A stretch of DNA of 64,000 nucleotides from an uncultured Methanosarcinaceae archaeon (GCA_963721455.1 CAVRJG010000044.1:32001-96000), one strand, 5' to 3'; shown: positions 27,852 through 39,604, counted from the stretch's first letter. Numbers and translations: made by a program. Notes: generated by a model from the sequence alone, not told the origin.

Positions 27852-28143
27852 TCTATTTAACACACTTGCCAGGCCAGTCACCGAAAAATGTATATATTAA
27901 CTGATAAGTGTATCAACCTCTTTCCAGTTTAAACTACAATCATGTTTACCGGCATTATCGGGCCTTCAAGCCCAAATTTTAAGAGTCCATAAGTCCAGCT
28001 ATAAAAACCAGCAAGGGCATCTCGAAAGAGACAGAGTTACCTCGTTTCGGGAAAATAAGTGCATTTCTGGCAGGCAGGGGAGAAGAATCGGCTTTATCTC
28101 CCGGCACCTGCAAAAATAACGTAATTAGGAAAAGGAGGAGAGC

Positions 28144-28593
28144 ATGACAACAGTATTTGATGTCCCTGCAATGGAACTTATCGAAAAGGTTGCAGGCATT
28201 CTTAAGGAAAATGAAAATGTCGTTCCCCCTGAGTGGGCAGAGAACGTGAAAACCGGAGTTCACAAGGAACTTCCTCCAAGCAGAGACGATTGGTGGTATA
28301 TCAGATGCGCTGCAGTCCTGAGGAAAATCTATACTGACGGACCAGTAGGGATTGAGAGACTCCGCTCCGTATATGGCGGAAAGAAAGACGAGGGATCAAG
28401 CCCGAGCCACAAAGCAAAAGGCAGCGGTTCGGTTGCCAGAAAGGCAGTACAGCAGCTTGAGGCTGCAGGTTACCTGCAAAAGGTAAAGGGCGGAAGAACG
28501 GTATCTGCAAAGGGACGTTCCATGCTTGACAATGCAGCCAATGAACTCAAGAAAGAGCTTCTTGAGAAAATCCCCGAACTTGCAAAATACTGA
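28144..28593 (+). CDS. rps19e: 30S ribosomal protein S19e
   Basis: [11 protein letters not shown]...[12 protein letters not shown]. Confidence 0.96.
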   Translation: MTTVFDVPAMELIEKVAGILKENENVVPPEWAENVKTGVHKELPPSRDDWWYIRCAAVLRKIYTDGPVGIERLRSVYGGKKDEGSSPSHKAKGSGSVARKAVQQLEAAGYLQKVKGGRTVSAKGRSMLDNAANELKKELLEKIPELAKY

Positions 28594-28695
28594 GAGAGGT
28601 TATTTCCGAAAGGGACCTGAGATGTTTCTTCGGAATCCCTTTCAAATATATTATTAATCATAAGCCAGATTGATCCGGAAAACCGGTTTTTTTGG

Positions 28696-29067
28696 ATGAT
28701 TGCCATGCCTACGATGGATGACGAACTCGACGAAATACGAAAGAGACGGCTTGCAGAAATTCAGAAACAGCAGGCACAACAGCACCAGCCATCTGACATG
28801 CAGGCAGCTTACCAGCAGGAACAGGCCAGAGCTGATATGGAAGCTCAGAAGCAGGCCATCCTGAGGCAAATTCTTACCCCTGAGGCCAGAGAACGCCTGA
28901 CAACTCTAAAGATGTCAAGGCCGGCTCTCGGGGAACAGCTTGAAATGCAGCTGATCTCGCTTGCTCAGAGTGGAAGGCTCCAGTCTCAAATCGACGACGA
29001 ACAGCTTAAAACGCTCCTGATGAGGATGCAGCCAAAAAAGCGTAAGACATCCATAACCCGGGTTTAA
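28696..29067 (+). CDS. PDCD5-like DNA-binding protein
   Basis: DELDEIRKRRLAE...QILTPEARERL. Confidence 0.9.
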   Translation: MIAMPTMDDELDEIRKRRLAEIQKQQAQQHQPSDMQAAYQQEQARADMEAQKQAILRQILTPEARERLTTLKMSRPALGEQLEMQLISLAQSGRLQSQIDDEQLKTLLMRMQPKKRKTSITRV

Positions 29068-29072
29068 ATATA

Positions 29073-29675
29073 ATGAGAATCTCGGTCCTATTTAGCGGAG
29101 GCAAGGACAGCTCGCTCTCTGCCCTTTTGATGGAACCGCTTTTTGAGATAGAACTCGTGACCTGCTGTTTCGGTTTGCTCCCCAATGGAGAGCTGGCAGC
29201 AAAGACTGCAAAAGAGCTGCGCTTTCCACACAGGGTTCTCTCTCTTGAACGGGAAATCCTGGAAAAGGCGTATGAGAAAATAATGAAGGACGGTTTCCCG
29301 AAAAGCGCTATCAATTATATCCATGAAAAAGCCATAGAAACTCTTGCTTCGGACCCGGAAGTGAAATTTATTGCTGACGGAACCAGAAGAGATGACAGAG
29401 TTCCTGTGCTTTCAATTTCACAGATACGAAGTATTGAAGACCGACTGGGAATTCAGTACATGTGCCCGTTGAAAGGATATAATAGAAAGACCGTGAGCAT
29501 TCTTGTCGAGCGTTACCTGAGAATTGAAGAGGGGCCGAGTGAGAATACTCCGAAAGCAGACTACGAAACCGAACTCAGGGAGTTAATCAGGCAGAGACAC
29601 GGTGAAGAGAAAATAAAGGAACTGTTTCCTGCCCATATCCAGTCCCATGTGCTTTCGAGGAAAGAACTGCCCTGA
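29073..29675 (+). CDS. PP-loop (adenine nucleotide alpha hydrolase) family protein
   Basis: FSGGKDSSL; DGTRRDDRVP; KADYETE. Confidence 0.85.
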   Translation: MRISVLFSGGKDSSLSALLMEPLFEIELVTCCFGLLPNGELAAKTAKELRFPHRVLSLEREILEKAYEKIMKDGFPKSAINYIHEKAIETLASDPEVKFIADGTRRDDRVPVLSISQIRSIEDRLGIQYMCPLKGYNRKTVSILVERYLRIEEGPSENTPKADYETELRELIRQRHGEEKIKELFPAHIQSHVLSRKELP

Positions 29676-29939
29676 AGAAGGTATGCTTGGAAATCAGGAA
29701 GTCTTCCGGAAGGGTAAATTCTGGAATAAAGATTTATACGATAATCGAGTTATATTCAACCCTTAATCGAGTTATATTCAACCCTTATACTGCTGCAGAT
29801 TAACCGAGAACCTCATAGAATTTACCGGATATGGGTTTAAAAGTTGCCGTTTAATCCGGCGGGGTAGAATCGCAATTATGTAAGGGTTAAGATCACGATC
29901 AGCTAATTATCGGATATAACCAGAAATTAACAGAATTAA

Positions 29940-30125
<186 letters not shown>

Positions 30126-30134
30126 GCGAGGAAG

Positions 30135-30416
30135 GTGGGAAAAGAAATGGCAGACGACATGGTAAAAGAACAGATATATACTATCCCCCTCAGGGCAGCA
30201 AGGAAAGTACCTACATGGAAAAGAGCCAACAGGGCAGTTATTGAAGTAAGGAGTTACCTTGTAAGGCACATGAAGGTAGAGTCCGTAAAGGTAAAGCTGG
30301 ACAAATCCATTAATGACCGCCTCTGGGAAAAAGGCTGTGAAAAACCCCCTCTCTCCATCCGGGTCAGAGCTGTAAAATTCGCAGATGGGGAGTTACAGGC
30401 AGAACTTGCCCAGTAA
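30135..30416 (+). CDS. rpl31e: 50S ribosomal protein L31e
   Basis: YTIPLR...KRANRA...LWEKG. Confidence 0.95.
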   Translation: MGKEMADDMVKEQIYTIPLRAARKVPTWKRANRAVIEVRSYLVRHMKVESVKVKLDKSINDRLWEKGCEKPPLSIRVRAVKFADGELQAELAQ

Positions 30417-30448
30417 AATATAACATAAAACGCGAAGCTTCAACTAAT

Positions 30449-31108
30449 ATGATTCGAACAATTGACATCTACGATACCCCAATGATAGGGGTCTTTGCAA
30501 CCTGCACAGAAAATGTTGTTCTCGTCCCCACCGGGACAAAACCCGAGATCTGTGCCATACTTGAGGATTCGCTGGATACAAGGGTAGTTGAGACTCTTGT
30601 AAACGGAAGCGTTGTGGTTGGAGCCCTTTCCAGAGGAAACTCAAACGGTTTCCTTTTTTCACACGGAACCGATGCCAGGGAAATGCAAGAACTGACAGGA
30701 GTTCAGGCAGAGGTCCTTCCCGGTAAGTTGAATGCAGTCGGAAACATTGTGCTTGCGAACGATTCCGCAGCACTTGTGCACCCCGAACTGTCAGACTGGG
30801 CTATTGAGGCCATTGCCAGAACCCTCAAGGTAGAGGTTTACAGGGGAACAATTGCCGGAATGAAAAATGTAGGAATGGCAGGAGTTGTCACCAATAAAGG
30901 GCTTCTGGTACACCCGAAAGTGACACCTTCTGAAAGAGAAATTCTGGAAAAGATCTTCGAGCTTCCGGTAAATATAGGGACTACGAACTTTGGGACTCAG
31001 ATGCTTGGCTCAGGCCTGCTTGCGAACTCAAAGAACTATTTAGCAGGTTCCGACACTACAGGACCCGAACTTGGGAGAATCGAAGAAGCACTCGGATTCC
31101 TAGAATGA
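30449..31108 (+). CDS. eif6: Translation initiation factor 6
   Basis: [28 protein letters not shown]. Confidence 0.95.
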   Translation: MIRTIDIYDTPMIGVFATCTENVVLVPTGTKPEICAILEDSLDTRVVETLVNGSVVVGALSRGNSNGFLFSHGTDAREMQELTGVQAEVLPGKLNAVGNIVLANDSAALVHPELSDWAIEAIARTLKVEVYRGTIAGMKNVGMAGVVTNKGLLVHPKVTPSEREILEKIFELPVNIGTTNFGTQMLGSGLLANSKNYLAGSDTTGPELGRIEEALGFLE

Positions 31109-31148
31109 ATAGTAATCATCCATCTGTCGGAATAAAGCTACAGCAAGA

Positions 31149-31337
31149 ATGGTGACCAAGATGAAGAATTTTGTTGTTAAAGGCAAATTTAAAGCAGGAA
31201 ATACCTGGGAAAATTTCACAAAGAAGACCGAAAGTCAGAATGAAAAGAACGCAAGAGATAAGGTCTATTCTGTCTTTGGAAGCAGGCACGGTATTAAGAG
31301 AAGCCAGATCCTGATCGAAAGCGTCGCTGAGGAGTGA
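31149..31337 (+). CDS. rpl18a: 50S ribosomal protein LX (L18Ae/L20e)
   Basis: [18 protein letters not shown]; conserved gene order. Confidence 0.9.
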   Translation: MVTKMKNFVVKGKFKAGNTWENFTKKTESQNEKNARDKVYSVFGSRHGIKRSQILIESVAEE

Positions 31338-31774
31338 AGGATATGGCAGAAGTCAGTGAAGATATCCGAAATCTGGCAGCCAGGCATCAGGAGTTCCAGA
31401 GACAGGCCGAAGCCTTAAGGCAGGAAATGAACATGGTTCAGGCTTCCATTTCAAGCTGCGACCAGACGATCGTAACCATCAACGAGCTGAAAACAGCCTC
31501 CTCGGAAGGCAAGACTGCAGAAACGATGGTTGCTGTGGGTTTTGGCTCATTCGTTCACGCCGAAATAAAAAATGCAGATAAGGTAATTGTGGACCTGGGA
31601 GCAGGTTTCAGTGCAGAAAAGACAGCACATGAAGCCATTGAGACCCTGAACCGCCGCAAAGAGCAGCTTACGAAAATTCTCGAACAGATGAATGCTTCAC
31701 TGACTAAATATATACAGGGCATGCAGACCCTGGAAGCTGAGGCTACAAAACTTCAGCAACCTGGCCAGGCCTGA
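31334..31774 (+). CDS. pfdA: Prefoldin alpha subunit
   Basis: [14 protein letters not shown] beta-hairpins between coiled coils. Confidence 0.93.
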   Translation: MKDMAEVSEDIRNLAARHQEFQRQAEALRQEMNMVQASISSCDQTIVTINELKTASSEGKTAETMVAVGFGSFVHAEIKNADKVIVDLGAGFSAEKTAHEAIETLNRRKEQLTKILEQMNASLTKYIQGMQTLEAEATKLQQPGQA

Positions 31775-31882
31775 GAAAAGACCTGGTTCAGGAAAAGGTA
31801 AATAGAATTCAAAAACCCTATTTGAGAAGAAGTCATTACTTTAAATTAATTTTAATTACTATTTTTACTGAATTTCTTTGGG

Positions 31883-33148
31883 ATGGATCCTGTGTTTAAC
31901 AAATTCAAAGAGAAACTTGGGAGTTTTAAAAAGGCACTCAGCAGAACTATTGACGATAAAGCAGTAGCTATCGAACCGATAGTTGAACCTGCACCTGAGG
32001 CAGAAGAGGGTTTTGAAGAGGAAATCGAGCCCGGTCGGGAGAAGAAAGCTTTTGAAACGTTTCTTGATGAGGAAAATCCCGAAGTCGAACCTGTAGAGAT
32101 CAAACCTACAATGACTTCGCCTGAAACTGTCGGGGCAGAAGACAGGAAAAAGGCAGAATACAAGAAAAAACTTGAAGAGAGAAAGAAGGCGGCAGAGAGC
32201 AAGCCTGAGGAAGAGAAAGTACCAGAAGAGAAAAAATCTTTTTTCAAAAAGGTCTCGAAGATTGGATTTGCACAGAAAGCAAAAGCCCTGGTCTTTAATA
32301 GAGAGGTCTATCTGGATAATAAAGACCTGGAAGAGCCTCTCTGGGAACTTGAAATGGGCCTTCTTGAAAGCGACCTTGCCCTCTCGGTCTCCGAGGCAAT
32401 TGTGGAATCCGTGAAAAAACAGCTTACGGGCACTACAAAGCACATTGGCAGCAATACAGGAGAAATCGTAGAGGCAGCCTTGAAAAAAGCCATTCTGGAT
32501 GTGGTGTCTGCTAATACCTTTGATTTTGACGAGTATGTAAAAAACAAAGAAAGACCTGTCCATATTGTCTTTGTTGGAATTAACGGAACAGGAAAAACGA
32601 CATCTATTGCAAAAATGACGCACAGGCTGCTCAAGTCGGATTACTCAGTCGTTCTGGCTGCAGGAGATACCTTCAGGGCAGGTGCCATTGACCAGCTTGG
32701 GATCCATGCAAACAGGCTCGGAGTAAAAATGATCAAGCATCAACCTGGAGCCGACCCTGCAGCAGTCATTTACGATGCCGTCCAGTACGCAAAATCTCAT
32801 AAAATCGATTTCGTTCTCTCAGACACAGCAGGCCGTATGCATACGAACCTGAACCTTATGTCACAGATGGAAAAAATCTGCAGGGTAAGCACTCCAGACC
32901 TCATAATTTTTGTAGATGAAGCCGTCGCAGGGAATGATGCAGTCGAAAGGGCTGCCCAGTTCAATGAAGCTGTGCCAATTGACGGGTCCATTCTGACAAA
33001 AATCGATGCCGATGCCAAGGGAGGAGCTGCAATATCCATAGCCTATATCACAGGCAAGCCAATTCTGTTTTTTGGGATGGGACAGGGCTATGAGGATTTG
33101 AAAAAGTTCGATCCCGAATGGTTTATAGACCAGCTTTTCAACCAGTAA
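31883..33148 (+). CDS. ftsY: SRP receptor FtsY
   Basis: Acidic N-terminus, GINGTGKTT, DTFRAGA, DTAGR, TKIDADAKGG. Confidence 0.96.
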   Translation: MDPVFNKFKEKLGSFKKALSRTIDDKAVAIEPIVEPAPEAEEGFEEEIEPGREKKAFETFLDEENPEVEPVEIKPTMTSPETVGAEDRKKAEYKKKLEERKKAAESKPEEEKVPEEKKSFFKKVSKIGFAQKAKALVFNREVYLDNKDLEEPLWELEMGLLESDLALSVSEAIVESVKKQLTGTTKHIGSNTGEIVEAALKKAILDVVSANTFDFDEYVKNKERPVHIVFVGINGTGKTTSIAKMTHRLLKSDYSVVLAAGDTFRAGAIDQLGIHANRLGVKMIKHQPGADPAAVIYDAVQYAKSHKIDFVLSDTAGRMHTNLNLMSQMEKICRVSTPDLIIFVDEAVAGNDAVERAAQFNEAVPIDGSILTKIDADAKGGAAISIAYITGKPILFFGMGQGYEDLKKFDPEWFIDQLFNQ

Positions 33149-33272
33149 AATAGTTCAAGCTTTAAGCTATCAGTAAATAGTGAATCTCCCGAAGTAATTC
33201 GGGAGCGCTATTTCGCGAACTCTGCTACAGGATTGCTGTGGGAAGAAAAAGTTATATTTTCTCAGAGAAGCC

Positions 33273-33461
33273 TCAGGGTTCCTCAGGAATTATAATCCAT
33301 GCTATAATGTAAGCAACCAGGCCGCCTACTCCCGCGCTCACAATAGTAATGAACAACCATAAAAGCCTTACAAGTGTAGGGTCAATTTTAAAGTATTCGC
33401 CTATCCCGCCACATACGCCTGCAACAATCCTGTCCTTCTTTGATCTATATAGTTTATTCAT
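33273..33461 (-). CDS. PspC domain protein
   Basis: LYRSKKDRIVAGVCGGIGEYF. Confidence 0.9.
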   Translation of the reverse strand: MNKLYRSKKDRIVAGVCGGIGEYFKIDPTLVRLLWLFITIVSAGVGGLVAYIIAWIIIPEEP

Positions 33462-33638
33462 TTGACCACTCCTAATTGTAAAGTGCCTTAATAACCCACA
33501 TATAGATTGCTTATATACGATTTATAAGTAACTCCGGGGATTATGGAGTTTATCGAAAATCCCTGTGTGTTTGCAGGAATGAACTAATTTTCTTCAAAAT
33601 TTTCTTTTTCCATAAAGACGCATCAGACAGGAGAGTTT

Positions 33639-34739
33639 TTAGATATTAACCCACTTGCTGGTTATGTTTTCAGATACCATGTTCTCCCCGAATACCCGCA
33701 CATATATCCTGAAGTTTTCCCCTGCAGGAACAATAAGATTTTTTACAGTGAAATTGTAAACTTCTTCCGGCCCAACCGTTGTGGGAGAATTTTCAACTTC
33801 ATCCCACACGTTAGTTTCATCTGCAGCCTGAAGGGCAACGTAAACAGTTGTATTTTCGGCTATCTCAGAGCCCACGTTTCTTACAGTGACATTAACATCC
33901 ACCGTTCCTTCCTTTTTTGAGTATTCACATTGGGCCTTGAAGTCAAGGCTAATCATGGGTCTCCTGTAGACAGGGATGACCTGTACAGGCTGGCCTGCAT
34001 ATTCGTCAGGAATTTCCCCTATCTGCCAGTTGCTGCCTGTAGTTTCCACATAATAGTAATCACTGCCTTTGTACTCGAAACTTTTGCCTTTTTGTTCAGG
34101 ACCACACTTTATCCCGACAGCCATATGCTCAGGAAGTTCCAGAAGGACAGCATCATAACCCATCTCCTGAAGAATTGCAACGCAGAGAATTGAAGTATCC
34201 TCACAGTCCCCACCGTTTATATAGAGAGTTTCATAAGGGAAACGGGGGTACTGGTCGTAACCCGAACTTGCGAGATCCGAAGTGTAATTTAAGGACTGGA
34301 CAAACGAGATACAAAAGCCCGGAATTTCGCTCTCTTCAAGCTCGCAATCTTTTAAGAGAGAAAATAAAGTATCTGAAATATTCGTGATTAACCAGTCGTC
34401 AGAGGGATCTGAAGCAAACAGGTCATAGTCCCTGTTTCGAGTCCTGGATTCGTATTCATCATAGAGTTCATCATCAAGAGGCAAAGTAAGGTGGCAGCAG
34501 TAACCCTCATAGTCCCATGAGTAAGTTCGGGACTGACTTCCAGAAATAATTGACTCTTCTATAATCGAGGAATTGCAAGGCTCAGAATTTACGGTATCTA
34601 TTCCGACAAAGTTCTCCCCCATATCTGCTATATCTAATATACCGGGATCCCCGGAAGCTTCAAGATAAGGCCAAGAGAATAGAAATTCGGCAAGATAAAT
34701 GAGTAGAAAGAAATAAAGCAAATTGGCTACACTTTTCAT
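33639..34739 (-). CDS. Secreted transglutaminase-like domain protein
   Basis: PYETL...GGDCEDTSIL...EHMAVGI...YVETT; Ig-like C-terminus. Confidence 0.75.
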   Translation of the reverse strand: MKSVANLLYFFLLIYLAEFLFSWPYLEASGDPGILDIADMGENFVGIDTVNSEPCNSSIIEESIISGSQSRTYSWDYEGYCCHLTLPLDDELYDEYESRTRNRDYDLFASDPSDDWLITNISDTLFSLLKDCELEESEIPGFCISFVQSLNYTSDLASSGYDQYPRFPYETLYINGGDCEDTSILCVAILQEMGYDAVLLELPEHMAVGIKCGPEQKGKSFEYKGSDYYYVETTGSNWQIGEIPDEYAGQPVQVIPVYRRPMISLDFKAQCEYSKKEGTVDVNVTVRNVGSEIAENTTVYVALQAADETNVWDEVENSPTTVGPEEVYNFTVKNLIVPAGENFRIYVRVFGENMVSENITSKWVNI

Positions 34740-34776
34740 AAATTATCCCCATCCAGAATTGCATAGTCTATGAGAT

Positions 34777-35760
34777 TCATTCCCAGAGGTCTTCTCTCAG
34801 GTGTGAGTATATCGGGTCAACTTCCATCAGACCTTCCGGATAGGGTTCAAAAAAAGTCTGATTCATAAGGTACTGATCTTCAAAGCGCACGACCCATGAC
34901 CTGATAGTATTAATTGCAGGGCAAAGAGAGGTTTTTCCTTCCCTGTATTTTTGAATCCAGTCAAAAAACAGGTCTTTTTCCCCGTTAGAAAGCTTCTCTG
35001 AAAAATGCCCGAGAGCGTGCATGAGCACATTGATACTTGAAGTGTACCTCGGAGGTTTGGAGAGGGCACTATAAAGACGTTTCTCGTACTCGAAAACCAG
35101 TTCTTGAAAAGATTTTCGTTCTTTATTTGCAACAATCGCTCCCAATTTCCTGAGTTCTGCCTGGCTATATGCCATGAGAAGATACTTATTTTCCGTATGA
35201 AACGCGACAAGGTCTTTCATGCTACCTTCGGATTTCACTTTCCGAAAAGCAGCAAGCGTAAATAGCCTGGTCATAAAATGTTCCTTTATACGGCTATTTC
35301 TTAGCCTTCCTTCGTCTTCGATGGGAAGAGTAGGGAATTTTTTCAAGACTGCTCCCCCGAAATGCCCTGAACTTTTCCCAATTGCCCCTGACTTAATTGC
35401 TGTAGACGAGTAAACTTTTACGTCCTTAAATCCACAGGAAGGAGACCTGGACTTCAGAATAAAGCCGTCAATCTCTCCTGCGGAATCAAGGAAATCAGTA
35501 CAAAAAGCCTTCATAACCTCAGTTACATCCCTGCCGCTCGCGGACTGGACAAGCCGCTGTTCCCCGTTTTCGACAATGATTCTTATCGGATACCTGGGAA
35601 TACCGAGCCCTATCTCCACTTCCGGACAAACAGGCAGGAAATCAACATACTCCCTGAGATTTGCCACTATCGGACTGCTTATCATATCCCCGTTATATCG
35701 GCAGTGATCAAACCCAAGGCACCTACTAACCACGACCTTTGGCCGAACAAAATCCCTCAT
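34777..35760 (-). CDS. DUF523 (2-thiouracil desulfurase-like) / DUF1722 protein
   Basis: SRCLG..CRYNG, VCPEVEIGLG, KSRSPSCG. Confidence 0.88.
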   Translation of the reverse strand: MRDFVRPKVVVSRCLGFDHCRYNGDMISSPIVANLREYVDFLPVCPEVEIGLGIPRYPIRIIVENGEQRLVQSASGRDVTEVMKAFCTDFLDSAGEIDGFILKSRSPSCGFKDVKVYSSTAIKSGAIGKSSGHFGGAVLKKFPTLPIEDEGRLRNSRIKEHFMTRLFTLAAFRKVKSEGSMKDLVAFHTENKYLLMAYSQAELRKLGAIVANKERKSFQELVFEYEKRLYSALSKPPRYTSSINVLMHALGHFSEKLSNGEKDLFFDWIQKYREGKTSLCPAINTIRSWVVRFEDQYLMNQTFFEPYPEGLMEVDPIYSHLREDLWE

Positions 35761-36179
35761 TTAACCCCCATATAAGAAAGAATTTCCAGCATATATCACT
35801 TTCTAGAAGAAAGGCTCAGGACACTCCTTTTTAAAAATAAAGGAGTTAGAGAGTATAGATCTTCCGAAAAAGTTTTTAAAATGATGGATAAAGAAAAATA
35901 AGGAGTTATGAAGGAAAAATGACTCAAAATAGATACACAATACCTGTTTTAGAAAAATAAACTTATAAAAAATAATAATGTTTAAAAAACAGGGTCTCTA
36001 ACAATAGAAACTTCCTGCCCGTTTTTAGGAACAGATATAAGAATAGAATAACTATAAGATAGATTTATGGAGACGGTCAAGAGGAAGGGTAGTGCTTGTA
36101 AGGGTTAAGCCCCCAAAACTCGAAGTCAGTTTCCAGATACCGAAAAAAAACGGCATGGTCTTAAAAAATAGGTGAGAAT

Positions 36180-36869
36180 ATGGTAGAAACCGAGTGTGAA
36201 CAGATACACATGCCTCTGATCGGAGATGACGCGCCCTCGTTTACAGCAGTTACGACTCAGGGACCAATTAATTTCCCTGAAGATTATAAAGGCAAATGGG
36301 TAATACTCTTCAGCCACCCTGCAGACTTTACACCTGTATGTACTACTGAATTCATGACATTTGCGAATATGCAGGAAGAATTCAAAGAAATGAATACTGA
36401 GCTCATAGGGCTCTCGATAGATAGCGTTTTCTCCCATATTGCCTGGCTCAAAAGGATTGAGGAGAAAATTGAATACAAAGGGATGAAAAACGTAGAGGTC
36501 AAGTTCCCGGTGATAGCTGACCTGAAAATGGACGTCGCCAAGAAATACGGCATGGTTCAGCCAAACGCCTCAACAACCCAGGCAGTAAGGGCAGTATTTA
36601 TTATGGATCCTGAGGCAAAAGTCCGGGCAATGCTCTATTACCCGCTATCAGCCGGAAGAAATATGCAGGAAATCAAAAGGCTCGTAATTGCCCTGCAGAA
36701 AAATGAATCCGAAAAAGTTGCAACCCCGGCTAACTGGCAGCCAGGAGATGATGTTATAATTCCTGCACCCAACTCGATGGAAGCAGTAAAAGAAAGGCTT
36801 GGAAATACAGAAGAAGGAATGTACTGCCTCGACTGGTTTTTGTGCCTGAAAAAGGAAAGCAAGAAATAA
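36180..36869 (+). CDS. Peroxiredoxin (Prx6 type)
   Basis: HPADFTPVCTTEF; TPANW. Confidence 0.95.
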   Translation: MVETECEQIHMPLIGDDAPSFTAVTTQGPINFPEDYKGKWVILFSHPADFTPVCTTEFMTFANMQEEFKEMNTELIGLSIDSVFSHIAWLKRIEEKIEYKGMKNVEVKFPVIADLKMDVAKKYGMVQPNASTTQAVRAVFIMDPEAKVRAMLYYPLSAGRNMQEIKRLVIALQKNESEKVATPANWQPGDDVIIPAPNSMEAVKERLGNTEEGMYCLDWFLCLKKESKK

Positions 36870-37318
36870 TCTAAATTATAAAGACCTTTTTTACTTTTTT
36901 AAATTATAATGGGTTTCCCAAATTCGAAGTCCAATCTTCTATAAATATAAGTAGAGAGGAATCTCTCACCCCCATAAGAGATCCCCGCGGTGAACCGAAG
37001 AAGGTCTAAGACTCCGCTTCACCAAATTTATCGTAAGCCATGTATAAAAGATGAAAAGATTAAATATGACCCCTGTATCTCCAACTCTACATGCTCAGTG
37101 TTAATTTTATGCAAAAAGAAGAAAGGGGGAACTCATATATAAAATTTACTCAGGATTTGTAATAAATGATCATTATAGTATGGAGAATTGAAGAGAAATA
37201 GCTGAATAAAACCGAAAAAGATGCAAAAAGAGAAGACTGTCTTAAAAGAGAGCTACATCCGGGTAAATTTACTTGCTATAACAGATATAAAAATTAAAAA
37301 ATATAAGAACGGAAAAAT

Positions 37319-38131
37319 TTACTTTTTTCCGAGTTCTTTTGAGCGTTCGCTTGCTCTTATAACTGCATTCATAAATGCAGCCCTGATACCTGCTTCTTCA
37401 AGAGCGTGAATGCCCTGGATGGTAGTCCCCGCAGGAGAAGTAACCATATCTTTGAGTTCTCCGGGATGCATACCTGTTTCAAGCACCATTTTTGCAGCCC
37501 CGAGTACAGTCTGAGCTGCCAGAGTCAGGGCATTTTTCCTGTCCATTCCTTCAAGGACTGCCCCATCAGCCATTGCCTCAATCACCGGAAAGATGAATGC
37601 AGGCCCGCTGCCTGAAAGACCTGTCACAGCATCCATGAGAGACTCAGGCACCTGAACTGCAGTGCCAACTGCAGAGAATATTGCAAGGGCAGCTTTCACG
37701 TCTTCAGGGGTTGCGTTTTTGCCGGGAGAAATTCCTGAAGCAGCTTCGGAAACTGTGGCTGCTATATTAGGCATCACACGTACAACTCTGGTGCCTTCGG
37801 GGAGGGCATCTTCGTAGGTAGAGAGCGGCACACCAGCTGCAATCGAGATCACAAGTTTTTCCGAAGTTATGTAATTCCTCAGATTTGCGAGTACTGAGCC
37901 CATTGTCTGAGGTTTTACCGCAAGGATAAGAATATCGGATGCCTGGACAATAATAGCATTGTCAGTCGATACCCTGATACCCAGCTGTGCTTCCAGGTCT
38001 TTCAGAAAAGGCTCGTACACATCACTTGCACCTATATTCTCAGGTTTCACAATTCCAGCCTTTATAATACCCTGCATGAGAGCAGAGCCCATTTTTCCTG
38101 CTCCGATGAATCCTATGTTTCGGTTTGCCAT
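37319..38131 (-). CDS. proC: Pyrroline-5-carboxylate reductase
   Basis: GAGKMG, RVMPN, GLSGSGPA, VTSPAGTT. Confidence 0.96.
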   Translation of the reverse strand: MANRNIGFIGAGKMGSALMQGIIKAGIVKPENIGASDVYEPFLKDLEAQLGIRVSTDNAIIVQASDILILAVKPQTMGSVLANLRNYITSEKLVISIAAGVPLSTYEDALPEGTRVVRVMPNIAATVSEAASGISPGKNATPEDVKAALAIFSAVGTAVQVPESLMDAVTGLSGSGPAFIFPVIEAMADGAVLEGMDRKNALTLAAQTVLGAAKMVLETGMHPGELKDMVTSPAGTTIQGIHALEEAGIRAAFMNAVIRASERSKELGKK

Positions 38132-38306
38132 ATGTAAATCTCCTAATTTCCAAGATAAGTATTACATCAAGAGGCATTTGCCTCAAAGCTTAACTGCTAT
38201 TAATTGTCGAATAATTTCAAAGGACTTAATAGGATAATAGTAGATTCCAGATCAGAAGAAGCTAATTAGAGCCCTCCGGAAATCCGATATATTTAATTTG
38301 ACATAT

Positions 38307-39464
38307 TTAATTTAATTCTTCCAGTATGCCTACATTTTCTTTTTTTATGACAATATCGTAGTTTTTATAGCCTAGAATACCCTCAATTTCGTTTGTATGG
38401 GCTCCTTTTATTTTCATAAGTTCCTCAGAGGTGTAGTCTGTAATTCCTTTCGCAAAGACCCTGCCTTCACACTCGAGTCTAACCACATCCCCCCTGTCAA
38501 AACTTCCTTCAACCTCTACAATACCTGCCGGAAGAAGGCTGTTTTTCCCGAGAACCGCAGCTTTTGCCCCTGCATCCACACGGACAGTGCCTGAAGCCCT
38601 TGCCAGAATTATCCAGCGGGCACGGTTCTTCTGGATATGCCTTTCAGCCAGGAAAAAGGTTCCGATCTCTTCCCCGGAAAGGACCTTCAGGACCACATTC
38701 TTAATTTCGCTGTTTGCAATCAATACATAGCAGCCTGCCATGCTGCAGATCTTTGCAGCTTTGATCTTGGTCCTCATTCCCCCTACGCCCTTAAAGCTTG
38801 TAGGGTCACCCCCATAACTCTCTATTTCAGGTGTGATCTTTTCCACAAAGGACAGCAATCTGGCGTCACTATGCGTCTTCGGGTTTTTGTCAAAAAGACC
38901 GTCGATATCCGAAAGAATGATAAGGAGATCAGCATCGATTTTGCTTGCAACCATTGCAGAAAGCTTGTCATTGTCTCCGAAGATCGCTTCAATCTCATTT
39001 GTACAGGTACAGTCGTTTTCGTTTATTATGGGAACTATTCCGTATTCCAGAAGGGTGGAGATACTGTTCCTGAGGTTCAGGTAAGATACCCGGTCCGAAT
39101 AGAATTCATAGGTAAGAAGGATCTGAGCGACTTTCATCCCGTACTTTGAAAAAGCTTCGCTCCAGTACTGCATCAGGATGCTCTGTCCGACAGCTGCCGC
39201 TGCCTGCCTTATAGGGATTTCACGGGGTTTTGGGGCAATGCCCAGTTCATAGAGTCCTACGCCTATTGCCCCCGAACTTACCAGAATTACTTCTTTTCCG
39301 CGCCTTCGAAGCTCGGATACCTGGGCTGCGATGCTTTCCATAAAGGTCGGATCAATACTGCAATTTTCCTTTGTACTGTCACAGCCCTGTTTTGTAATCG
39401 AGGAAGTACCGATCTTGATAACGATTTTATTAACATCATTGAGAAATTGTTTTCTATCTGTCAA
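38307..39464 (-). CDS. proB: Glutamate 5-kinase with PUA domain
   Basis: KIGTSS, VSSGAI, INEND, FGDNDKLSA. Confidence 0.96.
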   Translation of the reverse strand: MTDRKQFLNDVNKIVIKIGTSSITKQGCDSTKENCSIDPTFMESIAAQVSELRRRGKEVILVSSGAIGVGLYELGIAPKPREIPIRQAAAAVGQSILMQYWSEAFSKYGMKVAQILLTYEFYSDRVSYLNLRNSISTLLEYGIVPIINENDCTCTNEIEAIFGDNDKLSAMVASKIDADLLIILSDIDGLFDKNPKTHSDARLLSFVEKITPEIESYGGDPTSFKGVGGMRTKIKAAKICSMAGCYVLIANSEIKNVVLKVLSGEEIGTFFLAERHIQKNRARWIILARASGTVRVDAGAKAAVLGKNSLLPAGIVEVEGSFDRGDVVRLECEGRVFAKGITDYTSEELMKIKGAHTNEIEGILGYKNYDIVIKKENVGILEELN

Positions 39465-39604
39465 TCACAAAGCCTCGTAAGGTATTTTGGAAGTGCGGCT
39501 GAAATAACTCAGAGCCGCAGTCCGGATTTCCACCACTCGCACTCAATTTGTGTTGGTATTTCAATTCAGATATATAAATATATTATAAATATTGGAGGGA
39601 GGCT

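Noticed and set aside
29742-29787. Short tandem duplication TAATCGAGTTATATTCAACCCT x2 (a similar 22-bp duplication lies at about 43027-43070)
   Set aside because: Simple slippage duplications with no further evidence of function.
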